A stretch of 64,000 nt of DNA, from NCBI GenBank assembly GCA_964016885.1, contig OZ024740.1, positions 14,818,001 to 14,882,000 of the forward strand. The letters run 5' to 3'. The notes below the pieces were generated by a model. It saw only the letters and a program-made list of their open reading frames with translations. It had not been told where the DNA came from and searched no databases. This document shows, piece by piece, positions 25,801 through 38,400 of the stretch. The stretch is from Eledone cirrhosa. Taxonomy: Eukaryota. Position 1 is the first letter of the stretch; every line of letters begins with the position of its first letter. The position numbers and the translations under genes were made by a program.

Positions 25801-28800
25801 AGTCCTCGAATGAAAGGAATCAAAGCCAGAATATGGAAAGTCCTCAAATGAAAGGAATCAAAGCCAGAATATGGAAAGTCCTCAAATGAGAGGAATCAAA
25901 GCCAGAATATGGAAAGTCCTCAAATGAAAGGAATCCAAGCCAGAATATGGAAAGTCCTCAAATGAGAGGAATCAAAGCCTGAATATGGAAAGTCCTCAAA
26001 TGAGAGGAATCAAAGCCAGAATATGGTAATTCCTCAAATGAAAGGAATCAAAGCCAGAATATGGAAAGTCCTCAAATGAAAGGAATCAAAGCCAGAATAT
26101 GGAAAGTCCTCAAATGAGAGGAATCAAAGCCAGAATATCGAAAGTCCTCAAATGAAAGGAATCAAAGCCAGAATATGGTAAGTCCTCAAATGAGAGGAAT
26201 CAAAGCCAGAATATGGAAAGTCCTCAAATGAGAGGAATCAAAGCCAGAATATGGAAATTCCTCAAATGAGAGGAATCAAAGCCAGAATATGGAAGGTCCT
26301 CAAATGAGAGGAATCAAAGCCAGAATATGGAAATTCCTCAAATGAGAGGAATCAAAGCCAGAATATGGAAAGTCCTCGAATGAAAGGAATCAAAGCCAGA
26401 ATATGGAAAGTCCTCAAATGAAAGGAATCAAAGCCAGAATATGGAAAGTCCTCAAATGAGAGGAATCAAAGCCAGAATATGGAAAGTCCTCAAATGAAAG
26501 GAATCAAAGCCAGAATATGGAAAGTCCTCAAATGAAAGGAATCAAAGCCAGAATATGGAAAGTCCTCAAATGAAAGGAATCAAAGCCAGAATATGGAAAG
26601 TCCTCAAATGAAAGGAATCAAAGCCAGAATATGGAAAGTCCTCAAATGAAAGGAATCAAAGCCAGAATATGGAAAGTCCTCAAATTAGAGGAATCAAAGC
26701 CAGAATATGGAAAGTCCTCAAATGAGAGGAATCAAAGCCAGAATATGGAAAGTCCTCAAATGAAAGGAATCAAAGCCAGAATATGGAAAGTCCTCAAATG
26801 AAAGGAATCAAAGCCAGAATATGGAAAGTCCTCAAATGAGAGGAATCAAAGCCAGAATATGGAAAGTCCTCAAATGAAAGGAATCAAAGCCAGAATATGG
26901 AAAGTCCTCAAATGAGAGGAATCAAAGCCAGAATATGGAAAGTCCTCAAATGAGAGGAATCAAAGCCAGAATATGGAAAGTCCTCAAATGAGAGGAATCA
27001 AAGCCAGAATATGGAAATTCCTCAAATGAGAGGAATCAAAGCCAGAATATGGAAAGTCCTCAAATGAAAGGAATCAAAGCCAGAATATGGAAAGTCCTCA
27101 AATGAGAGGAATCAAAGCCAGAATATGGAAAGTCCTCAAATGAAAGGAATCAAAGCCAGAATATGGAAAGTCCTCAAATGAATGGAATCAAAGCCAGAAT
27201 ATGGAAAGTCCTCGAATGAAAGGAATCAAAGCCAGAATATGGAAAGTCCTCGAATGAAAGGAATCGAAGCCAGAATATGGAAAGTCCTCAAATGAAAGGA
27301 ATCAAAGCCAGAATATGGAAAGACCTCAAATGAAAGGAATCAAAGCCAGAATATGGAAAGTCCTCAAATGAAAGGAATCAAAGCCAGAATATGGAAAGTC
27401 CTCAAATGAGAGGAATAAAAGCCAGAATATGGAAAGTCCTCAAATGAAAGGAATCAAAGCCAGAATATGGAAAGTCCTCGAATGAAAGGAATAAAAGCCA
27501 GAATATGGAAAGTCCTCAAATGAAAGGAATCAAAGCCAGAATATGGAAAGTCCTCGAATGAAAGGAATCAAAGCCAGAATATGGAAAGTCCTCGAATGAA
27601 AGGAATCAAAGCCAGAATATGGAAAGTCCTCAAATGAAAGGAATCAAAGCCAGAATATGGAAAGTCCTCAAATGAAAGGAATCAAAGCCAGAATATGGAT
27701 AGTCCTCAAATGAAAGGAATCAAAGCCAGAATATGGAAAGTCCTCAAATGAGAGGAATCAAAGCCAGAATATGGAAAGTCCTCAAATGAGAGGAATCAAA
27801 GCCAGAATATGGAAAGTCCTCAAATGAGAGGAATCAAAGCCAGAATATGGAAAGTCCTCAAATGAGAGGAATCAAAGCCAGAATATGGAAAGTCCTCAAA
27901 TGAAAGGAATCAAAGCCAGAATATGGAAAGTCCTTGAATGAAAGGAATAAAAGCCAGAATATGGAAAGTCCTCAAATGAAAGGAATCAAAGCCAGAATAT
28001 GGAAAGTCCTCGAATGAAAGGAATCAAAGCCAGAATATGGAAAGTCCTCGAATGAAAGGAATCAAAGCCAGAATATGGAAAGTCCTCGAATGAAAGGAAT
28101 CAAAGCCAGAATATGGAAAGTCCTCAAATGAGAGGAATAAAAGCCAGAATATGGAAAGTCCTCAAATGAAAGGAATCAAAGCCAGAATATGGAAAGTCCT
28201 CGAATGAAAGGAATCAAAGCCAGAATATGGAAAGTCCTCGAATGAAAGGAATCAAAGCCAGAATATGGAAAGTCCTCGAATGAAAGGAATCAAAGCCAGA
28301 ATATGGAAAGTCCTCAAATGAAAGGAATCAAAGCCAGAATATGGAAAGTCCTCAAATGAGAGGAATCAAAGCCAGAATATGGAAAGTCCTCGAATGAAAG
28401 GAATCAAAGCCAGAATATGGAAAGTCCTCAAATGAAAGGAATCAAAGCCAGAATATGGAAAGTCCTCAAATGAGAGGAATCAAAGCCAGAATATGGAAAG
28501 TCCTCAAATGAAAGGAATCAAAGCCAGAATATGGAAAGTCCTCAAATGAGAGGAATCAAAGCCAGAATATGGAAAGTCCTCAAATGAGAGGAATCAAAGC
28601 CAGAATATGGAAATTCCTCAAATGAAAGGAATCAAAGCCAGAATATGGAAAGTCCTCAAATGAAAGGAATCAAAGCCAGAATATGGAAAGTCCTCAAATG
28701 AGAGGAATCAAAGCCAGAATATCGAAAGTCCTCAAATGAAAGGAATCAAAGCCAGAATATGGAAAGTCCTCAAATGAGAGGAATCAAAGCCAGAATATGG

Positions 28801-29330
28801 AAAGTCCTCAAATGAGAGGAATCAAAGCCAGAATATGGAAATTCCTCAAATGAGAGGAATCAAAGCCAGAATATGGAAGGTCCTCAAATGAGAGGAATCA
28901 AAGCCAGAATATGGAAATTCCTCAAATGAGAGGAATCAAAGCCAGAATATGGAAAGTCCTCGAATGAAAGGAATCAAAGCCAGAATATGGAAAGTCCTCA
29001 AATGAAAGGAATCAAAGCCAGAATATGGAAAGTCCTCAAATGAGAGGAATCAAAGCCAGAATATGGAAAGTCCTCAAATGAAAGGAATCAAAGCCAGAAT
29101 ATGGAAAGTCCTCAAAGGAGAGGAATCAAAGCCAGAATATGGAAAGTCCTCGAATGAAAGGAATGAAAGCCAGAATATGGAAAGTCCTCAAATGAAAGGA
29201 ATCAAAGCCAGAATATGGAAAGTCCTCAAATGAAAGGAATCAAAGCCAGAATTAGAAAGTCCTCAAATGAGAGGAATCAAGCCAGAATATGGAAAGTCCT
29301 CAAATGAAAGGAATCAAAGCCAGAATATGG
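16880..29330 (+). repeat. Three related copies of a ~2-2.6 kb monomer haplotype (about 16.9-19.5, 22.2-25.4 and 27.2-29.3 kb)
   Basis: AAAGACCTC at 17295/22613 (offset 5318 = 140x38-2). GAATGG at 18257/23461/27183 (offsets 5204 and 3722). CCTTGAATGAAAGGAATAAAAG at about 19009/24175/27935. Double-deletion monomer ATTAGAAAG...AATCAAGCC at 25301/29251 (offset 3950 = 104x38-2). Confidence 0.8.
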
Positions 29331-29449
29331 AAAGTCCTCAAATGAAAGGAATCAAAGCCAGAATATGGAAAGTCCTCAAATGAAAGCAATCAAAGCCAGA
29401 ATATGGAAAGTCCTCAAATGAGAGGAATCAAAGCCAGGATATGGAAAGT

Positions 29450-32400
29450 CCTCAAATGAGAGGAATCAAAGCCAGAATATGGAAATTCCTCAAATGAGAG
29501 GAATCAAAGCCAGAATATGGAAAGTCCTCAAATGAAAGGAATCAAAGCCAGAATATGGAAAGTCCTCAAATGAAAGGAATCAAAGCCAGAATATGGAAAG
29601 TCCTCAAATGAGAGGAATCAAAGCCAGAATATGGAAAGTCCTCAAATGAAAGGAATCAAAGCCAGAATATGGAAAGTCCTCAAATGAGAGGAATCAAAGC
29701 CAGAATATGGAAAGTCCTCAAATGAAAGGAATCAAAGCCAGAATATGGAAAGTCCTCAAATGAAAGGAATCAAAGCCAGAATATGGAAAGTTCTCAAATG
29801 AGAGGAATCCAAGCCAGAATATGGAAAGTCCTCAAATGAGAGGAATCAAAGCCAGAATATGGAAATTCCTCAAATGAGAGGAATCAAAGCCAGAATATGG
29901 AAAGTCCTCAAATGAAAGGAATCAAAGCCAGAATATGGAAAGTCCTCAAATGAAAGGAATCAAAGCCAGAATATGGAAAGTCCTAAAATGAGAGGAATCA
30001 AAGCCAGAATATGGAAAGTCCTCAAATGAAAGGAATCAAAGCCAGAATATGGAAAGTCCTCAAATGAGAGGAATCAAAGCCAGAATATGGAAAGTCCTCA
30101 AATGAGAGGAATCAAAGCCAGAATATGGAAAGTCCTCAAATGAGAGGAATCAAAGCCAGAATATGGAAAGTCCTCAAATGAAAGGAATCAAAGCCAGAAT
30201 ATGGAAAGTCCTCAAATGAGAGGAATGAAAGCCAGAATATGGAAAGTCCTCAAATGAGAGGAATCAAAGCCAGAATATGGAAATTCCTCAAATGAGAGGA
30301 ATCAAAGCCAGAATATGGAAAGTCCTCAAATGAAAGGAATCAAAGCCAGAATATGGAAAGTCCTCAAATGAAAGGAATCATAGCCAGAATATGGAAAGTC
30401 CTCAAATGAGAGGAATCAAAGCCAGAATATGGAAAGTCCTCAAATGAAAGGAATCAAAGCCAGAATATGGAAAGTCCTCAAATGAGAGGAATGAAAGCCA
30501 GAATATGGAAAGTCCTCAAATGAGAGGAATCAAAGCCAGAATATGGAAATTCCTCAAATGAGAGGAATCAAAGCCAGAATATGGAAAGTCCTCAAATGAA
30601 AGGAATCAAAGCCAGAATATGGAAAGTCCTCAAATGAAAGGAATCATAGCCAGAATATGGAAAGTCCTCAAATGAGAGGAATCAAAGCCAGAATATGGAA
30701 AGTCCTCAAATGAAAGGAATCAAAGCCAGAATATGGAAAGTCCTCAAATGAGAGGAATGAAAGCCAGAATATGGAAAGTCCTCAAATGAGAGGAATCAAA
30801 GCCAGAATATGGAAATTCCTCAAATGAGAGGAATCAAAGCCAGAATATGGAAAGTCCTCAAATGAAAGGAATCAAAGCCAGAATATGGAAAGTCCTCCAA
30901 TGAAAGGAATCAAAGCCAGAATATGGAAAGTCCTCAAATGAGAGGAATCAAAGCCAGAATATGGAAAGTCCTCAAATGAAAGGAATCAAAGCCAGAATAT
31001 GGAAAGTCCTCAAATGAGAGGAATCAAAGCCAGAATATGGAAAGTCCTCAAATGAGAGGAATCAAAGCTGGAAAATGGAAATTCCTCAAATGAGAGGAAT
31101 CAAAGCCAGAATATGGAAAGTCCTCAAATGAAAGGAATCAAAGCCAGAATATGGAAAGTCCTCAAATGAAAGGAATCAAAGCCAGAATATGGAAAGTCCT
31201 CAAATGAGAGGAATCCAAGCCAGAATATGGAAAGTCCTCAAATGAGAGGAATCAAAGCCAGAATATGGAAATTCCTCAAATGAGAGGAATCAAAGCCAGA
31301 ATATGGAAAGTCCTCAAATGAAAGGAATCAAAGCCAGAATATGGAAAGTCCTCAAATGAGAGGAATCAAAGCCAGAATATGGAAAGTCCTCAAATGAGAG
31401 GAATCAAAGTCAGAATATGGAAAGTCCTCAAATGAAAGGAATCAAAGCCAGAATATGGAAAGTCCTCAAATGAAAGGAATCAAAGCCAGAATATGGAAAG
31501 TCCTGAAATGAGAGGAATCAAAGCCAGAATATGGAAATTGCTCAAATGAGAGGAATCAATGCCAGAATATGGAAAGTCCTCAAATGAAAGGAATCAAAGC
31601 CAGAATATGGAAAGTCCTCAAATGAAAGGAATCAAAGCCAGAATATGGAAAGTCCTCAAATGAAAGGAATCAAAGCCAGAATATGGAAAGTCCTCAAATG
31701 AGAGGAATCAAAGCCAGAATATGGAAAGTCCTCAAATGAGAGGAATCAAAGCCAGAATATGGAAAGTCCTCAAATGAAAGGAATCAAAGCCAGAATATGG
31801 AAAGTCCTCAAATGGGAGGAATCAAAGCCAGAATAAGGAAAGTCCTCAAATGAGAGGAATCAAAGCCAGAAAATGGAAAGTCCTCAAATGAAAGGAATCA
31901 AAGCCAGAATATGGAAAGTCCTCAAATGAGAGGAATCAAAGCCAGAATATGGAAAGTCCTCAAATGAGAGGAATCAAAGCCAGAATATGGAAAGTCCTCA
32001 AATGAGAGGAATCAAAGTCAGAATATGGAAAGTCCTCAAATGAAAGCAATCAAAGCCAGAATATGGAAAGTCCTCAAATGAAAGGAATCAAAGCCAGAAT
32101 ATGGAAAGTCCTCAAATGAGAGGAATCAAAGCCAGAATATGGAAAGTCCTCGAATGAAAGGAATCAAAGCCAGAATATGGAAAGTCCTCGAAAGAAAGGA
32201 ATCAAAGCCAGAATATGGAAAGTCCTCGAATGAAAGGAATCAAAGCCAGAATATGGAAAGTCCTCAAATGAGAGGAATAAAAGCCAGAATATGGAAAGTC
32301 CTCAAATGAAAGGAATCAAAGCCAGAATATGGAAAGTCCTCGAATGAAAAGAATCAAAGCCAGAATATGGAAAGTCCTCGAATGAAAGGAATCAAAGCCA

Positions 32401-35400
32401 GAATATGGAAAGTCCTCGAATGAAAGGAATCAAAGCCAGAATATGGAAAGTCCTCGAATGAAAGGAATCAAAGCCAGAATATGGAAAGTCCTCAAATGAA
32501 AGGAATCAAAGCCAGAATATGGAAAGTCCTCAAATGAGAGGAATCAAAGCCAGAATATGGAAAGTCCTCAAATGAAAGGAATCAAAGCCAGAATATGGAA
32601 AGTCCTCAAATGAAAGGAATCGAAGCCAGAATATGGAAAGTCCTCAAATGAAAGGAATCAAAGCCAGAATATGGAAAGTCCTCAAAAGAGAGGAATCAAA
32701 GCCAGAATATGGAAAGTCCTCGAATGAAAGGAATCGAAGCCAGAATATGAAAAGTCCTCAAATGAAAGGAATCAAAGCCAGAATATGGAAAGTCCTCAAA
32801 TGAGAGGAATCAAAGCCAGAATATGGAAAGTCCTCAAATGAAAGGAATCAAAGCCAGAATATGGAAAGTCCTCAAATGAGAGGAATCAAAGCCAGAATAT
32901 GGAAAGTCCTCAAATGAGAGGAATCAAAGCCAGAATATGGAAATTCCTCAAATGAGAGGAATCAAAGCCAGAATATGGAAAGTCCTCAAATGAAAGGAAT
33001 CAAAGCCAGAATATGGAAAGTCCTCGAATGAAAGGAATCAAAGCCAGAATATGGAAAGTCCTCGAATAAAAGGAATCAAAGCCAGAATATGGAAAGTCCT
33101 CGAATGAGAGGAATCAAAGCCAGAATATGGAAAGTCCTCGAATGAAAGGAATCAAAGCCAGAATATGGAAAGTCCTCGAATGAAAGGAATCAAAGCCAGA
33201 ATATGGAAAGTCCTCAAATGAAAGGAATCAAAGCCAGAATATGGAAAGTCCTCAAATGAAAGGAATCAAAGCCAGAATATGGAAAGTCCTCAAAAGAGAG
33301 GAATCAAAGCCAGAATATGGAAAGTCCTCGAATGAAAGGAATCAAAGCCAGAATATGGAAAGTCCTCAAATGAAAGGAATCAAAGCCAGAATATGGAAAG
33401 TCCTCAAATGAAAGGAATCAAAGCCAGAATATGGAATGTCCTTGAATGAAAGGAATAAAAGCCAGAATATGGAAAGTCCTCAAATGAAAGCAATCAAAGC
33501 CAGAATATGGAAAGTCCTCGAATGAAAGGAATCAAAGCCAGAATATGGAAAGTCCTCAAATGAGAGGAATCAAAGCCAGAATATGGAAAGTCCTCGAATG
33601 AAAGGAATCAAAGCCAGAATATGGAAAGTCCTCGAAAGAAAGGAATCAAAGCCTGAATATGGAAAGTCCTCGAATGAAAGGAATCAAAGCCAGAATATGG
33701 AAAGTCCTCAAATGAGAGGAATAAAAGCCAGAATATGGAAAGTCCTCAAATGAAAGGAATCAAAGCCAGAATATGGAAAGTCCTCGAATGAAAGGAATCA
33801 AAGCCAGAATATGGAAAGTCCTCAAATGAAAGGAATCAAAGCCAGAATATGGAAAGTCCTCAAATGAAAGGAATCAAAGCCAGAATATGGAAAGTCCTCA
33901 AATGAGAGGAATCAAAGCCAGAATATGGAAAGTCCTCGAATGAAAGGAATCAAAGCCAGAATATGGAAAGTCCTCAAATGAAAGGAATCAAAGCCAGAAT
34001 ATGGAAAGTCCTCAAATGAGAGGAATCAAAGCCAGAATATGGAAAGTCCTCAAATGAAAGGAATCAAAGCCAGAATATGGAAAGTCCTCAAATGAGAGGA
34101 ATCAAAGCCAGAATATGGAAAGTCCTCAAATGAGAGGAATCAAAGCCAGAATATGGAAATTCCTCAAATGAGAGGAATCAAAGCCAGAATATGGAAAGTC
34201 CTCAAATGAAAGGAATCAAAGCCAGAATATGGAAAGTCCTCGAATGAAAGGAATCAAAGCCAGAATATGGAAAGTCCTCGAATGAAAGGAATCAAAGCCA
34301 GAATATGGAAAGTCCTCAAATGAATGGAATCAAAGCCAGAATATGGAAAGTCCTCAAATGAGAGGAATCAAAGCCAGAATATGGAAAGTCCTCAAATGAA
34401 AGGAATCAAAGCCAGAATATGGAAAGTCCTCAAATGAGAGGAATCAAAGCCAGAATATGGAAAGTCCTCAAATGAAAGGAATCAAAGCCAGAATATGGAA
34501 AGTCCTCAAATGAAAGGAATCAAAGCCAGAATATTGAAAGTCCTCAAATGAAAGGAATCAAAGCCAGAATATGGAAAGTCCTCGAATGAAAGGAATCAAA
34601 GCCAGAATATGGAAAGTCCTCAAATGAAAGGAATCAAAGCCAGAATATGGAAAGTCCTCAAATGAAAGGAATCAAAGCCAGAATATGGAAAGTCCTCAAA
34701 TGAAAGGAATCAAATCCAGAATATGGAAAGTCCTCAAATGAAAGGAATCAAAGCCAGAATATGAAAAGTCCTCAAATGAGAGGAATCAAAGCCAGAATAT
34801 GGAAAGTCCTCAAATGAAAGGAATCAAAGCCAGAATATGGAAAGTCCTCAAATGAAAGGAATCAAAGCCAGAATATGGAAAGTCCTCAAATGAGAGGAAT
34901 CAAAGCCAGAATATGGAAAGTCCTCAAATGAGAGGAATCAAAGCCAGAATATGGAAAGTCCTCAAATGAAAGGAATCAAAGCCAGAATATGGAAGGTCCT
35001 CAAATGAGAGGATCAAGGCCAGAATAAGGAAAGTCCTCAAATGAGAGGAATCAAAGCCAGAAAATGGAAAGTCCTCAAATGAAAGGAATCAAAGCCAGAA
35101 TATGGAAAGTCCTCAAATGAGAGGAATCAAAGCCAGAATATGGAAAGTCCTCAAATGAGAGGAATCAAAGCCAGAATATGGAAAGTCCTCAAATGAGAGG
35201 AATCAAAGCCAGAATATGGAAAGTCCTCAAATGAGAGGAATCAAAGCCAGAATATGGAAAGTCCTCAAATGAAAGGAATCAAAGCCAGAATATGGAAAGT
35301 CCTCAAATGAAAGGAATCAAAGCCAGAATATGGAAAGTCCTCAAATGAGAGGAATCAAAGCCACAATATGGAAAGTCCTCAAATGAAAGGAATCAAAGCC

Positions 35401-38400
35401 AGAATATGGAAAGTCCTCAAATGAGAGGAATCAAAGCCAGAATATGGAAAGTCCTCAAATGAGAGGAATCAAAGCCAGAATATGGAAATTCCTCAAATGA
35501 GAGGAATCAAAGCCAGAATATGGAAAGTCCTCAAATGAAAGGAATCAAAGCCAGAATATGGAAAGTCCTCAAATGAAAGGAATCAAAGCCAGAATATGGA
35601 AAGTCCTCAAATGAGAGGAATCAAAGCCAGAATAAGGAAAGTCCTCAAATGAAAGGAATCAAAGCCAGAATATGGAAAGTCCTCAAATGAGAGGAATCAA
35701 AGCCAGTATATGGAAAGTCCTCAAATGAGAGGAATCAAAGCCAGAATATGGAAATTCCTCCAATGAGAGCAATCAAAGCCAGAATATGGAAAGTCCTCAA
35801 ATGAAAGGAATCAAAGCCAGAATATGGAAAGTCCTCAAGTGAAAGGAATCAAAGCCAGAATATGGAAAGTCCTCAAATGAGAGGAATCAAAGCCAGAATA
35901 TGGAAATTCCTCAAATGAGAGCAATCAAAGCCAGAATATGGAAAGTCCTCAAATGAAAGGAATCAAAGCCAGAATATGGAAAGTCCTCAAATGAAAGGAA
36001 TCAAAGCCAGAATATGGAAAGTCCTCAAATGAGAGGAATCAAAGCCAGAATATGGAAAGTCCTCGAATGAAAGGAATCAAAGCCAGAATATGGAAAGTCC
36101 TCAAATGAAAGGAATCAAAGCCAGAATATGGAAAGTCCTCAAATGAGAGGAATCAAAGCCAGAATATGGAAAGTCCTCAAATGAAAGGAATCAAAGCCAG
36201 AATATGTAAAGTCCTCAAATGAGAGGAATCAAAGCCAGAATATGGAAAGTCCTCAAATGAGAGTAATCAAAGCAAGAATATGGAAATTCCTCAAATGAGA
36301 GGAATCAAAGCCAGAATATGGAAAGTCCTCAAATGAAAGGAATCAAAGCCAGAATATGGAAAGTCCTCAAATGAAAGGAATCAAAGCCAGAATATCGAAA
36401 GTCCTCAAATGAAAGGAATCAAAGCCAGAATATGGAAAGTCCTCAAATGAAAGGAATCAAAGCCAGAATATGGAAAGTCCTCAAATGAGAGGAATCAAAG
36501 CCAGAATATGGAAAGTCCTCAAATGAAAGGAATCAAAGCCAGAATATGGAAAGTCCTCAAATGAGAGGAATCCAAGCCAGAATAAGGAAAGTCCTCAAAT
36601 GAGAGGAATCAAAGCCAGAATATGGAAATTCCTCAAAGGAGAGGAATCAAAGCCAGAATATGGAAAGTCCTCAAATGAAAGGAATCAAAGCCAGAATATG
36701 GAAAGTCCTCAAATGAAAGGAATCAAAGCCAGAATATGGAAAGTCCTCAAATGAGAGGAATCATAGCCAGAATATGGAAAGTCCTCAAATGAAAGGAATC
36801 AAAGCCAGAATATGGAAAGTCCTCAAATGAGAGGAATCAAAGCCAGAATATGGAAAGTCCTCAAATGAGAGGAATCAAAGCCAGAATATGGAAAGTCCTC
36901 AAATGAGAGGAATCAAAGCCAGAATATGGAAATTCCTCAAATGAGAGGAATCAAAGCCAGAATATGGAAAGTCCTCAAATGAAAGGAATCAAAGCCAGAA
37001 TATGGAAAGTCCTCAAATGAAACGAATCAAAGCCAGAATATGGAAAGTCCTCAAATGAGAGGAATCAAAGCCAGAATATGGAAAGTCCTCAAATGAAAGG
37101 AATCAAAGCCAGAATATGGAAAGTCCTCAAATGAGAGGAATCAAAGCCAGAATATGGAAAGTCCTCAAATGAAAGGAATCAAAGCCAGAATATGGAAAGT
37201 CCTCAAATGAAAGGAATCAAAGCCAGAATATGGAAAGTCCTCAAATGAGAGGAATCAAAGCCAGAATATGGAAAGTCCTCAAATGAAAGGAATCAAAGCC
37301 AGAATATGGAAAGTCCTCAAATGAGAGGAATCAAAGCCAGAATATGGAAAGTCCTCAAATGAGAGGAATCAAAGCCAGAATATGGAAAGTCCTCAAATGA
37401 GAGGAATCAAAGCCAGAATATGGAAATTCCTCAAATGAGAGGAATCAAAGCCAGAATATGGAAAGTCCTCAAATGAAAGGAATCAAAGCCAGAATATGGA
37501 AAGTCCTCAAATGAGAGGAATCAAAGCCAGAATATGGAAAGTCCTCAAATGAAAGGAATCAAAGCCAGAATATGGAAAGTCCTCAAATGAAAGGAATCAA
37601 AGCCAGAATATGGAAAGTCCTCAAATGAGAGGAATCCAACCCAGAATATGGAAAGTCCTCAAATGAGAGGAATCAAAGCCAGAATATGGAAATTCCTCAA
37701 ATGAGAGGAATCAAAGCCAGAATATGGAAAGTCCTCAAATGAAAGGAATCAAAGCCAGAATATGGAAAGTCCTCAAATGAGAGGAATCAAAGCCAGAATA
37801 TGGAAAGTCCTCAAATGAGAGGAATCAAAGCCAGAATATGGAAATTCCTCAAATGAGAGGAATCAAAGCCAGAATATGGAAAGTCCTCAAATGAAAGGAA
37901 TCAAAGCCAGAATATGGAAAGTCCTCAAATGAGAGGAATCAAAGCCAGAATATGGAAAGTCCTCAAATGAAAGGAATCAAAGCCAGAATATGGAAAGTCC
38001 TCAAATGAAAGGAATCAAAGCCAGAATATGGAAAGTCCTCAAATGAGAGGAATCCAAGCCAGAATATGGAAAGTCCTCAAATGAAAGGAATCAAAGCCAG
38101 AATATGGAAAGTCCTCAAATGAAAGGAATCAAAGCCAGAATATGGAAAGTCCTCAAATGAGAGGAATCAAAGCCAGAATATGGAAAGTCCTCAAATGAAA
38201 GGAATCAAAGCCAGAATATGGAAAGTCCTCAAATGAGAGGAATCAAAGCCAGAATATGGAAATTCCTCAAATGAGAGGAATCAAAGCCAGAATATGGAAA
38301 GTCCTCAAATGAAAGGAATCAAAGCCAGAATATGGAAAGTCCTCAAATGAAAGGAATCAAAGCCAGAATATGGAAAGTCCTCAAATGAGAGGAATCAAAG

